The position numbers and the translations under genes were made by a program. DNA of 64,000 bases from positions 352,001-416,000 of the forward strand of contig JALVYU010000031.1 of assembly GCA_027022365.1 (NCBI GenBank), given 5' to 3'. The notes beneath the pieces are model-generated. The model saw only the letters and a program-made list of their open reading frames with translations, did not search any database and was not told the DNA's origin. Of this stretch, positions 31,071-40,493 are shown in pieces. The DNA is from Desulfurococcales archaeon (GTDB lineage: Archaea > Thermoproteota > Thermoprotei_A > Sulfolobales > Desulfurococcaceae). How positions within the stretch are numbered: position 1 is the stretch's first letter; each line of letters opens with the position of its first letter.

Positions 31071-31332
31071 GTACAACTCTCTTTATAGTCGAGTCTTTGA
31101 TAATATGTGGAGGTTTTACTATATTGGTAAATCGCTTTTGGAAGCGGGATCTACAATGATATATCTGGTATTCTTCTTTCACCGGCTTAGTCATATTGTA
31201 TTCCATACATCTTATTGTATGAGTGAAAAGCAGATCCACAACGAATTTATTTTTAATGATACAATGAGATAATATTTGCTCTAACAATGGTGCGTTATTA
31301 GCCACTATAGCGGATGAGGAGCTGCTGAGGAC

Positions 31333-32631
31333 GTGATACTAATAGTTCTCGGGATACTGGTGCTGGTTCTCCTGTATGGTCTGCTGACATTTGAGGTAAT
31401 GCATCGCACGGCTGCAGCGATATTTGTTGCCGGCATTATTCTTGTGCTTAATCTTGTTTTCCACTTCATGGAGTATACCGATATATTGGGCGGTATCGAC
31501 ATAGATACTATTCTCCTGCTTATGAACATGATGATCATAGTCGGCATCCTTGGTAAGACAGGGTTGTTCGAGTACTTATCGCTCCAGCTGGTCATGAGCT
31601 TCAAGGACAAGCCTTACAGGCTCCTCCTGATCCTCCTCATACTCACCGGTGTCGTGAGTGCTTTCATAGATAACGTGACAACAGTGCTCCTCATAGCCCC
31701 TGTAATCATCGATGTGTTCGAAGAGATAGGCGTCACCCCTGTCCCGGCCCTCTTGGGGATAGTTTTCGCGAGCAATATTGGTGGAACTGCGACCCTGATA
31801 GGTGATCCGCCCAACATACTGATAGGGAGCATGGCGGACATAGGGTTCATGCAGTTCATATATAATCTAACACCAATAGTATTTGTCGACCTCCTAGTCC
31901 TCACAGCGATACTCCCCTACCTGTTCAGGGGATGGTATAGGGAATATTGTGAAAAACTCGGGAGAATCGACGATGAAGTACTGTATAAGAAGCTCAAACT
32001 GATACAGGAGGGGCTTGACGAGAAGCTTCTCCGGCGAACCATCGCTATACTCGCCATAGTCATAGCTCTCTTCTTCCTCGAAGACGTGTTCAAGTACCCG
32101 CCAGCCGTTCCCGCCATGATAGGGGCCGGGCTCCTCATGGTCTTTGTGAGGAAGAAGCTCTTGATAGAAGACATTATGAACTTCATCGACTGGACAACAC
32201 TGGTGTTCTTCATGGCCATGTTCATAATAATCCAGGGAGTACAGGGGATGGGGTTGCTTGACTGGATAGCCATGAACATAATGGGCCTCACAACCGCGAA
32301 GACAGGCCTTATACTAGTTATTACTTGGGTGAGCGCGTTCCTCTCGGCATTCATAGACAACATACCGTTCGTGATGAGCATGATCCCAGTAATAAAATCG
32401 ATAACCACAACACTAGGAATAAACCCCCTGCCACTGTACTGGAGCCTGAGCCTTGGAGGATGCCTGGGAGGAAACGGTACAATGGTCGGAGCATCAGCGA
32501 ACATCGTGGTAGTAAGCCTGGCGAGCAAGCTAGGGCACGACATAAGCTTCCGGGAATTCCTAAAGTACGGTATGACTGTCATGACAATAACAGTAGCAAT
32601 AGCAACAATATACCTGCTGATAAGATACTAG
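31333..32631 (+). CDS. ArsB/NhaD (IT superfamily) ion transporter
   Basis: SAFIDNVTT, SNIGGTATLIGDPPN, SAFIDNIP and LGGNGTMVGASAN. Confidence 0.9.
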   Translation: MILIVLGILVLVLLYGLLTFEVMHRTAAAIFVAGIILVLNLVFHFMEYTDILGGIDIDTILLLMNMMIIVGILGKTGLFEYLSLQLVMSFKDKPYRLLLILLILTGVVSAFIDNVTTVLLIAPVIIDVFEEIGVTPVPALLGIVFASNIGGTATLIGDPPNILIGSMADIGFMQFIYNLTPIVFVDLLVLTAILPYLFRGWYREYCEKLGRIDDEVLYKKLKLIQEGLDEKLLRRTIAILAIVIALFFLEDVFKYPPAVPAMIGAGLLMVFVRKKLLIEDIMNFIDWTTLVFFMAMFIIIQGVQGMGLLDWIAMNIMGLTTAKTGLILVITWVSAFLSAFIDNIPFVMSMIPVIKSITTTLGINPLPLYWSLSLGGCLGGNGTMVGASANIVVVSLASKLGHDISFREFLKYGMTVMTITVAIATIYLLIRY

Positions 32632-32685
32632 ACCACACAGTAATTCACGGCCACGAGACAATATACTGGTTCGAGGTCCTAGCCC

Positions 32686-33273
32686 ATGTGCTCACTTCCC
32701 CCAAGACTCGAAAAAGCACTGAGAATACTCTCTGAGATTCTCTCCGGAATTGGTGCTAGGTGGGTATTAGTCGGGAGCACGGCGAGCTGTTTAAATGGTG
32801 TCGAGGTCCAGCCCGAGGACATAGACGTTATCGTTGAGTCTGGCAAGGCCTACGAGGTCGACAGCGTTTTTGCCTCTCGCTTCCGGGTCTTAAGGAGGAT
32901 GAAGTATAGCTCTAGCGAGGTATACTCGAGCCACTACGGGGTCTTCGAGATCCAAGGCGTCAAGGTGGAGGTTATGGCAAGCCTCAAAATATGTGGAGAA
33001 CCCGGCTGCCTAGAGGTAGAGTTCGATGAGCTTTACCGCTACTCTAAGAGCCTCAGGATAGAGGATACAGGTCTTAGGGTAGCGCCTTTAGAGTGGCAAT
33101 TAGTAGCTAATACCCTGATCCCGGGGAAGGAGAAACGCGTAGCCAAGATCCTCGAAGCCCTCAATACCAAAGGCGTGAATGTCGAGATCCTAGATAATGT
33201 GCTGGGCAAGGCCCCGCAAAAGACCAGAAAACACGTCATAGAACTCCTAAGAAACACCCACAAGATATACTAG
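32686..33273 (+). CDS. Nucleotidyltransferase-superfamily protein
   Basis: VLVGSTA...PEDIDVIV pol-beta-type GS-x10-DxD motif and KVEVM. Confidence 0.75.
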   Translation: MCSLPPRLEKALRILSEILSGIGARWVLVGSTASCLNGVEVQPEDIDVIVESGKAYEVDSVFASRFRVLRRMKYSSSEVYSSHYGVFEIQGVKVEVMASLKICGEPGCLEVEFDELYRYSKSLRIEDTGLRVAPLEWQLVANTLIPGKEKRVAKILEALNTKGVNVEILDNVLGKAPQKTRKHVIELLRNTHKIY

Positions 33274-33319
33274 TAAGAATACTTTCCCGCCTGGATAAGC
33301 AGGGCCAAGTTATTGACAT

Positions 33320-33790
33320 TTTATTATTGCTCTACGTATATGGCTATGAGCTACTTAAGCATATCTGCATTGATCTTTTGGAAAACGTTATTGGTATATA
33401 TATCTTCCACCGAAACAGGGTCGCAATCGTATACAGCTATGTATCTACTATATAGTGGCGATAAGTATCCGAAAGGTCTTACAAGGTATTTTACGAGTCC
33501 TCTGGTTAAGTTGTCATTTTATATTAGTTTTGCCGCCCAATAAACACTATGCTCCAAAACATGCTTGCTAATCCATCTGTTGGTTTTGGAATGCTTACCT
33601 AGAATAATGGCTAGTCTTGAAACCGAGTATACTGAATACGGTTCTAGCCCTTCTTCATATATGATTCTCGGAATATCTGCTGAACCAAATGATATGAGAG
33701 CACCCATTGCGAAGGCAAGCTCGGCAAAACCATTGAGTACCGGTGTATAGCCAGTACCCCATTCTAAATGTACTCTTATTATTCATTTTG
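33320..33790 (-). pseudogene. Degenerate ORF of unknown family at the left edge of the defence island
   Basis: One frame reads IIRVHLEWGTGYTPVL...WAAKLI*NDNLTRG...ADMLK*LIAI, with two in-frame stops. Confidence 0.4.
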
Positions 33791-33862
33791 ATATCTTATT
33801 CTGGATTTCTATACAGACATTTTTTACTTGGATTATGTATAATTATCTATTGGTGAATTTAC

Positions 33863-36805
33863 GTGGATTATCACATGGTTTTGGGTAGGGTTTTTAAAGA
33901 TATTTTGGCTGAGGAGTGTAGGAAGATTGGTAATAATTGCAGTATTGGCAGCAGTGTTTGCGAGATTTCTCATCCCGATTACTGTATTTCGTGGAATGAG
34001 CTGTTAGGTATTATCAAAAAGCATACTAGTGAAGACCCCTCTATTATTGCTCGAAAGCTTATTGGTGACGGACTAATTATTAGAATTAGCGACGATTGCT
34101 TTCGTTCTATATTTTTTGATTTACTTCTCAGGGCTAGTGATCTTAGGGTTAGACCTAATGATAGAAAGATGGTATTGTCTTCGTCATACAGTGTTCAGAG
34201 CCGTGAGGCACCCTCATATAGTGACCGTGTTATACTTCCCCGCAAAGAGATACGTGACGGTGAAAAATATCACGTGATTTCCAGGAAACTTTATGATACC
34301 ATAGCTAAACTATTACCTAATGACATAGTTGACGTGTTTATTGAGACAATCAGTAAATATTTTTGTAATAGAGGTTCAAGGGGATTTGATGCTTATCAAG
34401 CATACTCTATTTATGAGGCGTTGAATAAGCTTGATACATCGAGGGGTATTCTAATTGTTGCACCGACGGGTTATGGTAAAACCGAGATATTTACGGTAAT
34501 TGTATTAATTGATCTACTAAGAAACTTTAGTTCTGGGTGGAAATACATATTTGTGTATCCGAGGAAAATGCTTGAAATAGACCAGATGAGCAGGCTTGTA
34601 GAGCTTATAAGAATACTTAACCAGAGACTTTCTGGTAGAAAAATAAGGATCTATATCAGAGACGGCGATACAAACGACCTGAAGGACAAATACAATGATG
34701 CAAGACTGGGAGACCATATAAGGTTTCGAGGTATAAAATGCAGCGATAACGGAGAATTATTTATTGTGAAAACATCTACTGGACCGAGAGTTGTCTGTAA
34801 ATCGGGAGATAGAGAGGAAGAATATGATTTCATAATACCCTTCTCTGATCCTAGTACGATGACTAAGAACGCTGATATAATTGTCACTAATCTCGATACA
34901 CTATTCTTCGCGAGCTTCACCAAGCGGGGACACGACATTGATGTAAACGACATAATTAAGACAAGGCTCATAGTATTTGATGAAATACATGAATACGACT
35001 CTGTCAGGCTTGCACAGATTCATTATTGGCTGAAAATATTCTCTGCTCTCCAAGAAAAACTATTCGGTGAAAAAATCGTTGTTCCTATTCTATCCTCAGC
35101 AACAATACCTAATCCTATAAAATTTGCTTCAACACTGATAGGTGTAGATGAAAAAGAAATAATAGATCTTAGATACGATTTTATGCGCAGAAAATACAAA
35201 GACATTAAATTCAGTGGACACAGAGTAAAGATATACCTATTCATACAGACAATGCCATGGGTAAGCTGGGAAACTTACTTATCAGAGCTTTCAGCACTCA
35301 TACTTTACCTCCACAAAATCTACAGTGTAGCTAATCGACCCTATGTCCCCCAATCAATTTTCTTCGTGAACAACATTAGAGAAATAAATAGGCTCAAAAC
35401 AATAACCAGGCAAGCACTATCCCTTGGTTCACCCCTCGATATTCTATGTGTCAGGAAAGTAGAGTGCTCTGTAGAAGATTCACGTATGAAAAGAGATCAT
35501 TGTAGACACTACTACGAATACCTGACGCCTGACAATATCAAGAAGGAAATCAATGAGAGGATACAAGAAGATAGAAAGAGAGCAAACATCCTAGATCTTC
35601 TTATTGAGGGCTTGGATGTAGTATTCAGTAAAATACCTTTGAGTGAACGAGAAGAAATCTACAACAAGCTTAGGAGCAGAGAACTAGGAGTCGTATATGC
35701 AACTACTTCGCTTGAACTTGGAGTAGATTATCCCTACGTATCAATAATAGTGAATGCTGGGTTCGATAAGATAGAAAGCATGATACAGAGAATAGGGCGC
35801 GGAGGCAGAAGTTCTGAAAGTCTATGGACGATGCTCACCATAATACTTGCCAGGAATAATCCCCTAGACTACAGGTTGTTCTCCGACACAATAACCCGTG
35901 AAAAAATAATAAGAGAAGATGTAAGTAGTGAAAGAAAAATCTATATATCAAAGGATCTCTTCCCAGTTAAGACAAACATGTTACTGAAAAGCATTCTAGC
36001 CTATAGTATTATACATAGGAAATCACCCATACTCTACGGTGGAAGAACACTCAATAAACATGAGGTCTTAAAACAGACAATAAATGAAATGATCAATATA
36101 CTTAAAGACACAGGATTCAGGGAATTCGCAATAAGGGAAGCAAGAATAGTTGATGAAAATGAATACGAAGAAGTCAAGAATGGACTAATAAAATTATTAG
36201 AGATAGTAGAGCAACCAAACATTGCCAGACTCATGGAAGAGCTAAGCGTAGAATACGTATCAATAGAAAACATGATCCAGAACCTCTACGGGCTACATAG
36301 TATCCTCAGCGAGCTCAAAAACAATATCGAGGAAAAAATACAGAAGCACATGCGCGTAGAAGATCCTGGCCTCCGGAAAATAAGTAGAGTTGCTGAGTCA
36401 ACCATTAATACTGTGAAAGATTACTTGAATATATTACTGGAATATATTAATGTATTAGAGAAAATTGTCCCCGCGCAAGCCGATGATATAATCTATTATA
36501 GCCGGTTCATAGAGCTATCTGAGATATACGAGTTCGTAAATAATGCTATCAGAAGAGTAGATGAAATAATCAATCTGGACGAGAGAAACCACGTAGAAAG
36601 GGAAACAGTAGTAGCTAAGTTGAGGACTCTATTAAACACTATTATGATGTATGATTCTCAGAAATTATGGAACGACACGAGAATACTCATAGAGAAAATC
36701 CTCAGCGATATAACGAGACCCAAATACCATGTATCATTCATGCCTATTTTGAAAAAACTCGTAGAGCTAAAGAAAGATATCGAGAAAACACTTGGTAGGG
36801 TGTAG
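33863..36805 (+). CDS. SF2 DEAH-box helicase (DrmA/DpdJ/DruE-like)
   Basis: Q-motif AYQ, APTGYGKTE, YPRKML..DQ, DEIH, SAT, ATTSLELGVD and QRIGRGGR; long helical C-terminus. Confidence 0.9.
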   Translation: MDYHMVLGRVFKDILAEECRKIGNNCSIGSSVCEISHPDYCISWNELLGIIKKHTSEDPSIIARKLIGDGLIIRISDDCFRSIFFDLLLRASDLRVRPNDRKMVLSSSYSVQSREAPSYSDRVILPRKEIRDGEKYHVISRKLYDTIAKLLPNDIVDVFIETISKYFCNRGSRGFDAYQAYSIYEALNKLDTSRGILIVAPTGYGKTEIFTVIVLIDLLRNFSSGWKYIFVYPRKMLEIDQMSRLVELIRILNQRLSGRKIRIYIRDGDTNDLKDKYNDARLGDHIRFRGIKCSDNGELFIVKTSTGPRVVCKSGDREEEYDFIIPFSDPSTMTKNADIIVTNLDTLFFASFTKRGHDIDVNDIIKTRLIVFDEIHEYDSVRLAQIHYWLKIFSALQEKLFGEKIVVPILSSATIPNPIKFASTLIGVDEKEIIDLRYDFMRRKYKDIKFSGHRVKIYLFIQTMPWVSWETYLSELSALILYLHKIYSVANRPYVPQSIFFVNNIREINRLKTITRQALSLGSPLDILCVRKVECSVEDSRMKRDHCRHYYEYLTPDNIKKEINERIQEDRKRANILDLLIEGLDVVFSKIPLSEREEIYNKLRSRELGVVYATTSLELGVDYPYVSIIVNAGFDKIESMIQRIGRGGRSSESLWTMLTIILARNNPLDYRLFSDTITREKIIREDVSSERKIYISKDLFPVKTNMLLKSILAYSIIHRKSPILYGGRTLNKHEVLKQTINEMINILKDTGFREFAIREARIVDENEYEEVKNGLIKLLEIVEQPNIARLMEELSVEYVSIENMIQNLYGLHSILSELKNNIEEKIQKHMRVEDPGLRKISRVAESTINTVKDYLNILLEYINVLEKIVPAQADDIIYYSRFIELSEIYEFVNNAIRRVDEIINLDERNHVERETVVAKLRTLLNTIMMYDSQKLWNDTRILIEKILSDITRPKYHVSFMPILKKLVELKKDIEKTLGRV

Positions 36806-36809
36806 TATT

Positions 36810-39215
36810 ATGGTTTTTCCTATAAATCCGCATGATGCCGTCAGAGAGGGAATAAAACTATTAAATTTCATAAATAAGGCTACTGGCTGGGACAAGTTTG
36901 GATCAGAACCGTACATTGATACGATCAAATTACTCTATACTGATAGCAGGGAGGAAGATGAGATCACCTTCTACGATCTCTTCTATAGGCTTCCACCCTT
37001 TGAGCCCATAGCTTATCCGGATACCAGTTATGGTAATGCAAAGTTTACAGGCGATAGACTATGGGTTCTCGATGTAGTAGAGATGATTAATCATGGTAGA
37101 CTAAAAAAGATATGTAGAAGTCTTAAGAGGAGTATGTGTATTCCGTCTAGATGTGATTACAGTATTGAGGGAATTGTACGTGGAGACCGAGTGAAATTAA
37201 CCCATATCATTGTCTTCAGGATAATTGGTGATCTTGATGGAACACTTACCCTCAGATTCATCAAAGATAACAAATACTACATTATACAGTACGGGTTCTC
37301 ACCTGAAACGATCAATGTAATTAAGAGAGATATTTGTAAAGAAATAGGATGCGTTGATGAGAGATTTGTAGACATAATATCTAAGAAATGGAAAGACATT
37401 GAAAAAGCTATAATGCAAAGATATACGCCCAGATACGATATTAACATACTGAACTATATAACCTATTGTTATAATGGAAGATACATAACAACAGACCCTA
37501 TTATACAATATATGGGCGGAAAACACATTAGGTGTCCGCCTTGTCGGAATCAGAGATTTTCGAGGCTTTTCATATGTAAAGATTTTCCTGGTCTAGGCAG
37601 GTTTCACTACAGCCGCAAAATATTCCCTAAAGTATACGTAAACATAGAGCCGGAGATAATATACTCTTTTAACCAGAGAAAATCCCCGCTCACAATAGAT
37701 ATTGCCGACAAAATAAGGATTATTTCACAGGTATCCAGGTTAACCCTATATCTTCCAGGAAACAATATTCTCGAACTAGAGCCTGGTATTAAACCCTACA
37801 CAGACCTTGTCAGAACAAGAGGCCTCATAGTCTACATCGGAAAAGACTTCGTGAAAGCAATTATATCTTACTTACTGGATGTGGACAAGGAATTATTAAG
37901 GATTCTTGCAACCAAGTACATTGTACTTAAAACCAGTATGTTCAGGCTCGGCTCATCGAAATCTGATACGGGAAGAGGAATCCTCGATCACGATCAAAAA
38001 CGCATTGAATTTTATGCCGGTGAAGAACCCATCATAGACCTTGTAAACGATATATTGAAGACGCAAAATATCTTCTCAGAGAGCTTCGTAGACTATGTGG
38101 GATCTGTTTTAATGCATACTATATCACATTTATTATTAATGGAGCTCAGCAGAAGACTCGGAATAGATCCGAATAAGATCTCATACGTCTATGGTGCACA
38201 TATTCTTGGAAATGGAGACAAAGTATACTTTGCAGCCATTGTTGAGAAAGACAAGTATGGAACAATAATGTTCAATAGAGCGATTAGAGAGCTCCTCCAA
38301 GAGCTTGGGGAAGGCGATTATGAGAGAGGCTTTTACAGATTACTGAAAGATATAAATAACTATGTCGCTTCTATTGTGAAGAAATATGAACGCGAATACA
38401 GAGCCTATATAAAGGAAAACGAATGTTCTTTATTATCAAGCGATCTAAACGATCTTGAGAAAAAAGTGCTCGAATTCATTATAGACATTATAGTGGCTAC
38501 GAGGAGATATCTAGAATCTAATAACGTCTATCCTGATTTTTCCATATTTAAACATATCATAGTGTCTTTGCTAAATACTCATAACACAGAGGTATACGGC
38601 CACATCATCAACTGGATCATGTATAAGTTAAAAGGAGAGATAAAGGACAAATATGAGCTACAAGGAATAGTCGAAGACATTATTGAGAGAAAACTCGAAT
38701 CACTGCTACTATGCTACGGTCCCGATTACTGTCTCGATGGTTGTAGCCTAGACATACATTTAGAGAAGGATTGTACAAAAGCTATGACGGAGAATCTTGA
38801 AACAAGTAGGAGGCTATTTGAAGCATTCGCTCGCTTAATAGGAATAAGCGAAGATGTCATTAATTCTCCTGTGAAAGGAATAACTATCTACAGACTCATT
38901 ACGACAGCCAGGAAAAGCTTGTCCATAGAGACTTCGCATACAAATGACCAGGCAATTGACGCCCTAACTAATCTCCTCGAAAAAGGAGTGAGAGTACATA
39001 TCACGATCGATAAGAGAATTATCAAGGAGGTAGAGGATAGACTTAGAAAACTCAAAAACATGTATGGTGATAGATTCACGTACAAAGAGTCGGAAAGGCT
39101 TATGCATTATAAGACATATGTTGTAGATGACACCCTAAGAATAGAGACATCATGGAATTACTCCACTGCATCAAATATTGAGCAGGGAATGATCATTAAA
39201 AATCTCTTGGTTTAG
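36810..39215 (+). CDS. DUF1998 (DrmB/MrfA-C)-like protein fused to a C-terminal PLD-family nuclease domain
   Basis: MHTISHLLLMELSRRLGI...ISY, IVEKD..G and CLDGC...C; C-terminal HYKTYVVDD...TSWNYS (HxKxxxxD). ATG lies 4 nt after the helicase stop (track start 36792). Confidence 0.75.
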   Translation: MVFPINPHDAVREGIKLLNFINKATGWDKFGSEPYIDTIKLLYTDSREEDEITFYDLFYRLPPFEPIAYPDTSYGNAKFTGDRLWVLDVVEMINHGRLKKICRSLKRSMCIPSRCDYSIEGIVRGDRVKLTHIIVFRIIGDLDGTLTLRFIKDNKYYIIQYGFSPETINVIKRDICKEIGCVDERFVDIISKKWKDIEKAIMQRYTPRYDINILNYITYCYNGRYITTDPIIQYMGGKHIRCPPCRNQRFSRLFICKDFPGLGRFHYSRKIFPKVYVNIEPEIIYSFNQRKSPLTIDIADKIRIISQVSRLTLYLPGNNILELEPGIKPYTDLVRTRGLIVYIGKDFVKAIISYLLDVDKELLRILATKYIVLKTSMFRLGSSKSDTGRGILDHDQKRIEFYAGEEPIIDLVNDILKTQNIFSESFVDYVGSVLMHTISHLLLMELSRRLGIDPNKISYVYGAHILGNGDKVYFAAIVEKDKYGTIMFNRAIRELLQELGEGDYERGFYRLLKDINNYVASIVKKYEREYRAYIKENECSLLSSDLNDLEKKVLEFIIDIIVATRRYLESNNVYPDFSIFKHIIVSLLNTHNTEVYGHIINWIMYKLKGEIKDKYELQGIVEDIIERKLESLLLCYGPDYCLDGCSLDIHLEKDCTKAMTENLETSRRLFEAFARLIGISEDVINSPVKGITIYRLITTARKSLSIETSHTNDQAIDALTNLLEKGVRVHITIDKRIIKEVEDRLRKLKNMYGDRFTYKESERLMHYKTYVVDDTLRIETSWNYSTASNIEQGMIIKNLLV

Positions 39216-39237
39216 ATTTTATAGCGCCCAATGCTTT

Positions 39238-40479
39238 CTAAACAACAATACTACAGCCCTTACGTAAAAGGTCGATGAAATAATATTCTCCCCAGCCAAT
39301 TATTCCGGTTGATAACTTGTTTAAATTTTTCATTTTAACTCCTTGTAAAGGGCTCCATTTTCCCCTGGAGGGCCATATATGTGATTTACCATATTTTAGA
39401 AGCGGCTTTGGAGGAACAAGTCCTATTTTAATAGTATTACCTCTTCTATGTTCCATGAAAATACTTCCCATTAATCTATTAATTGTCTCCAATACTATAT
39501 CTCGTGCATCCTTTTCTTCGATTAATTCTTTCAGGCTAAAACTATTAAAGACTTTCATAAAAATGATACTACACATGCTGACTAAATCGTTTAAATTAAC
39601 AAAGATACCTCCACAAGTTTTCTTATTTATATATAATATGTAATATGATAGTAGCAAGAGGTTTCCAGCAAGAAATAATTTAAACGTGTCATCAGAGAGG
39701 TTAAGTCTATCAATTATAACATTTCTTGTCTTCACTCCATCATAGACGTTTGCAAGTAGATAGACACCATTGTCTACAAGATCATCCGTTAGACAATTTA
39801 TCTCTATACTACCTCTGCGAATATCGATTAATCGAGTTAAGCTGTCGCCTCTTCTTTTAACATAGTAGACTTCGAGGACCCCACTACAAGCGGGGTAAAG
39901 ACCCATAAAGTGTGTTTCTTTTACATTTCCGAAACATTTGTGTATAGTGATTCTCCCTGTTACAAGCCCCAATGATATATCAAGTTCTGGATTCTCGGGA
40001 TCCTTTATGAATGATAATATTCTATTTGATAGAATTAGGTTATTACTATATTCTTTGTAGATTGGAAATCTATGGAGTATTGTTTTCGAGTAAAAATAAT
40101 TCTCGATATATTTTCTCTGCATACTTGTTAATTTTCCTGTATTAAAAGGTTTGAGGGAACCATACGTTAGAAGCCATTTCCTTCTCACGAGTCTCGGAAG
40201 ATCTTTAGGGTATTTTGTCCTATAGTAGGAATGCTTTCTAAGATCTATTCTGCCGGTATAAGATATGCCGATAGTTACATTGTTGATAATATCCTCTAAT
40301 AATATAAGATTATACTTTAGTCGAGTGAATGATGGGTGCTCTGGGTATCGTTGATATAGATTTTTAATAATGGTTTTTCTTCCCAGTATCTCTGATAGTT
40401 TACAGAGTGTTGTCTCTGTATCCTTCAGACGTTCTGCTAGTTTGAACCAGTCTATATAGCACTTATTACTGGAAGACAT
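39238..40479 (-). CDS. Hypothetical basic protein co-transcribed with the methyltransferase
   Basis: Intact ORF of about 413 aa (track 424 aa from 40512) directly downstream of the MTase; no recognisable motif. Confidence 0.7.
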   Translation of the reverse strand: MSSSNKCYIDWFKLAERLKDTETTLCKLSEILGRKTIIKNLYQRYPEHPSFTRLKYNLILLEDIINNVTIGISYTGRIDLRKHSYYRTKYPKDLPRLVRRKWLLTYGSLKPFNTGKLTSMQRKYIENYFYSKTILHRFPIYKEYSNNLILSNRILSFIKDPENPELDISLGLVTGRITIHKCFGNVKETHFMGLYPACSGVLEVYYVKRRGDSLTRLIDIRRGSIEINCLTDDLVDNGVYLLANVYDGVKTRNVIIDRLNLSDDTFKLFLAGNLLLLSYYILYINKKTCGGIFVNLNDLVSMCSIIFMKVFNSFSLKELIEEKDARDIVLETINRLMGSIFMEHRRGNTIKIGLVPPKPLLKYGKSHIWPSRGKWSPLQGVKMKNLNKLSTGIIGWGEYYFIDLLRKGCSIVV

Positions 40480-40493
40480 CACTATACAGCCAC

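Noticed and set aside
33285-33308. GCCTGGATA segment resembling a tRNA D-loop as the island's left att site
   Set aside because: Very short match, and in the opposite orientation to the relic at 45305.
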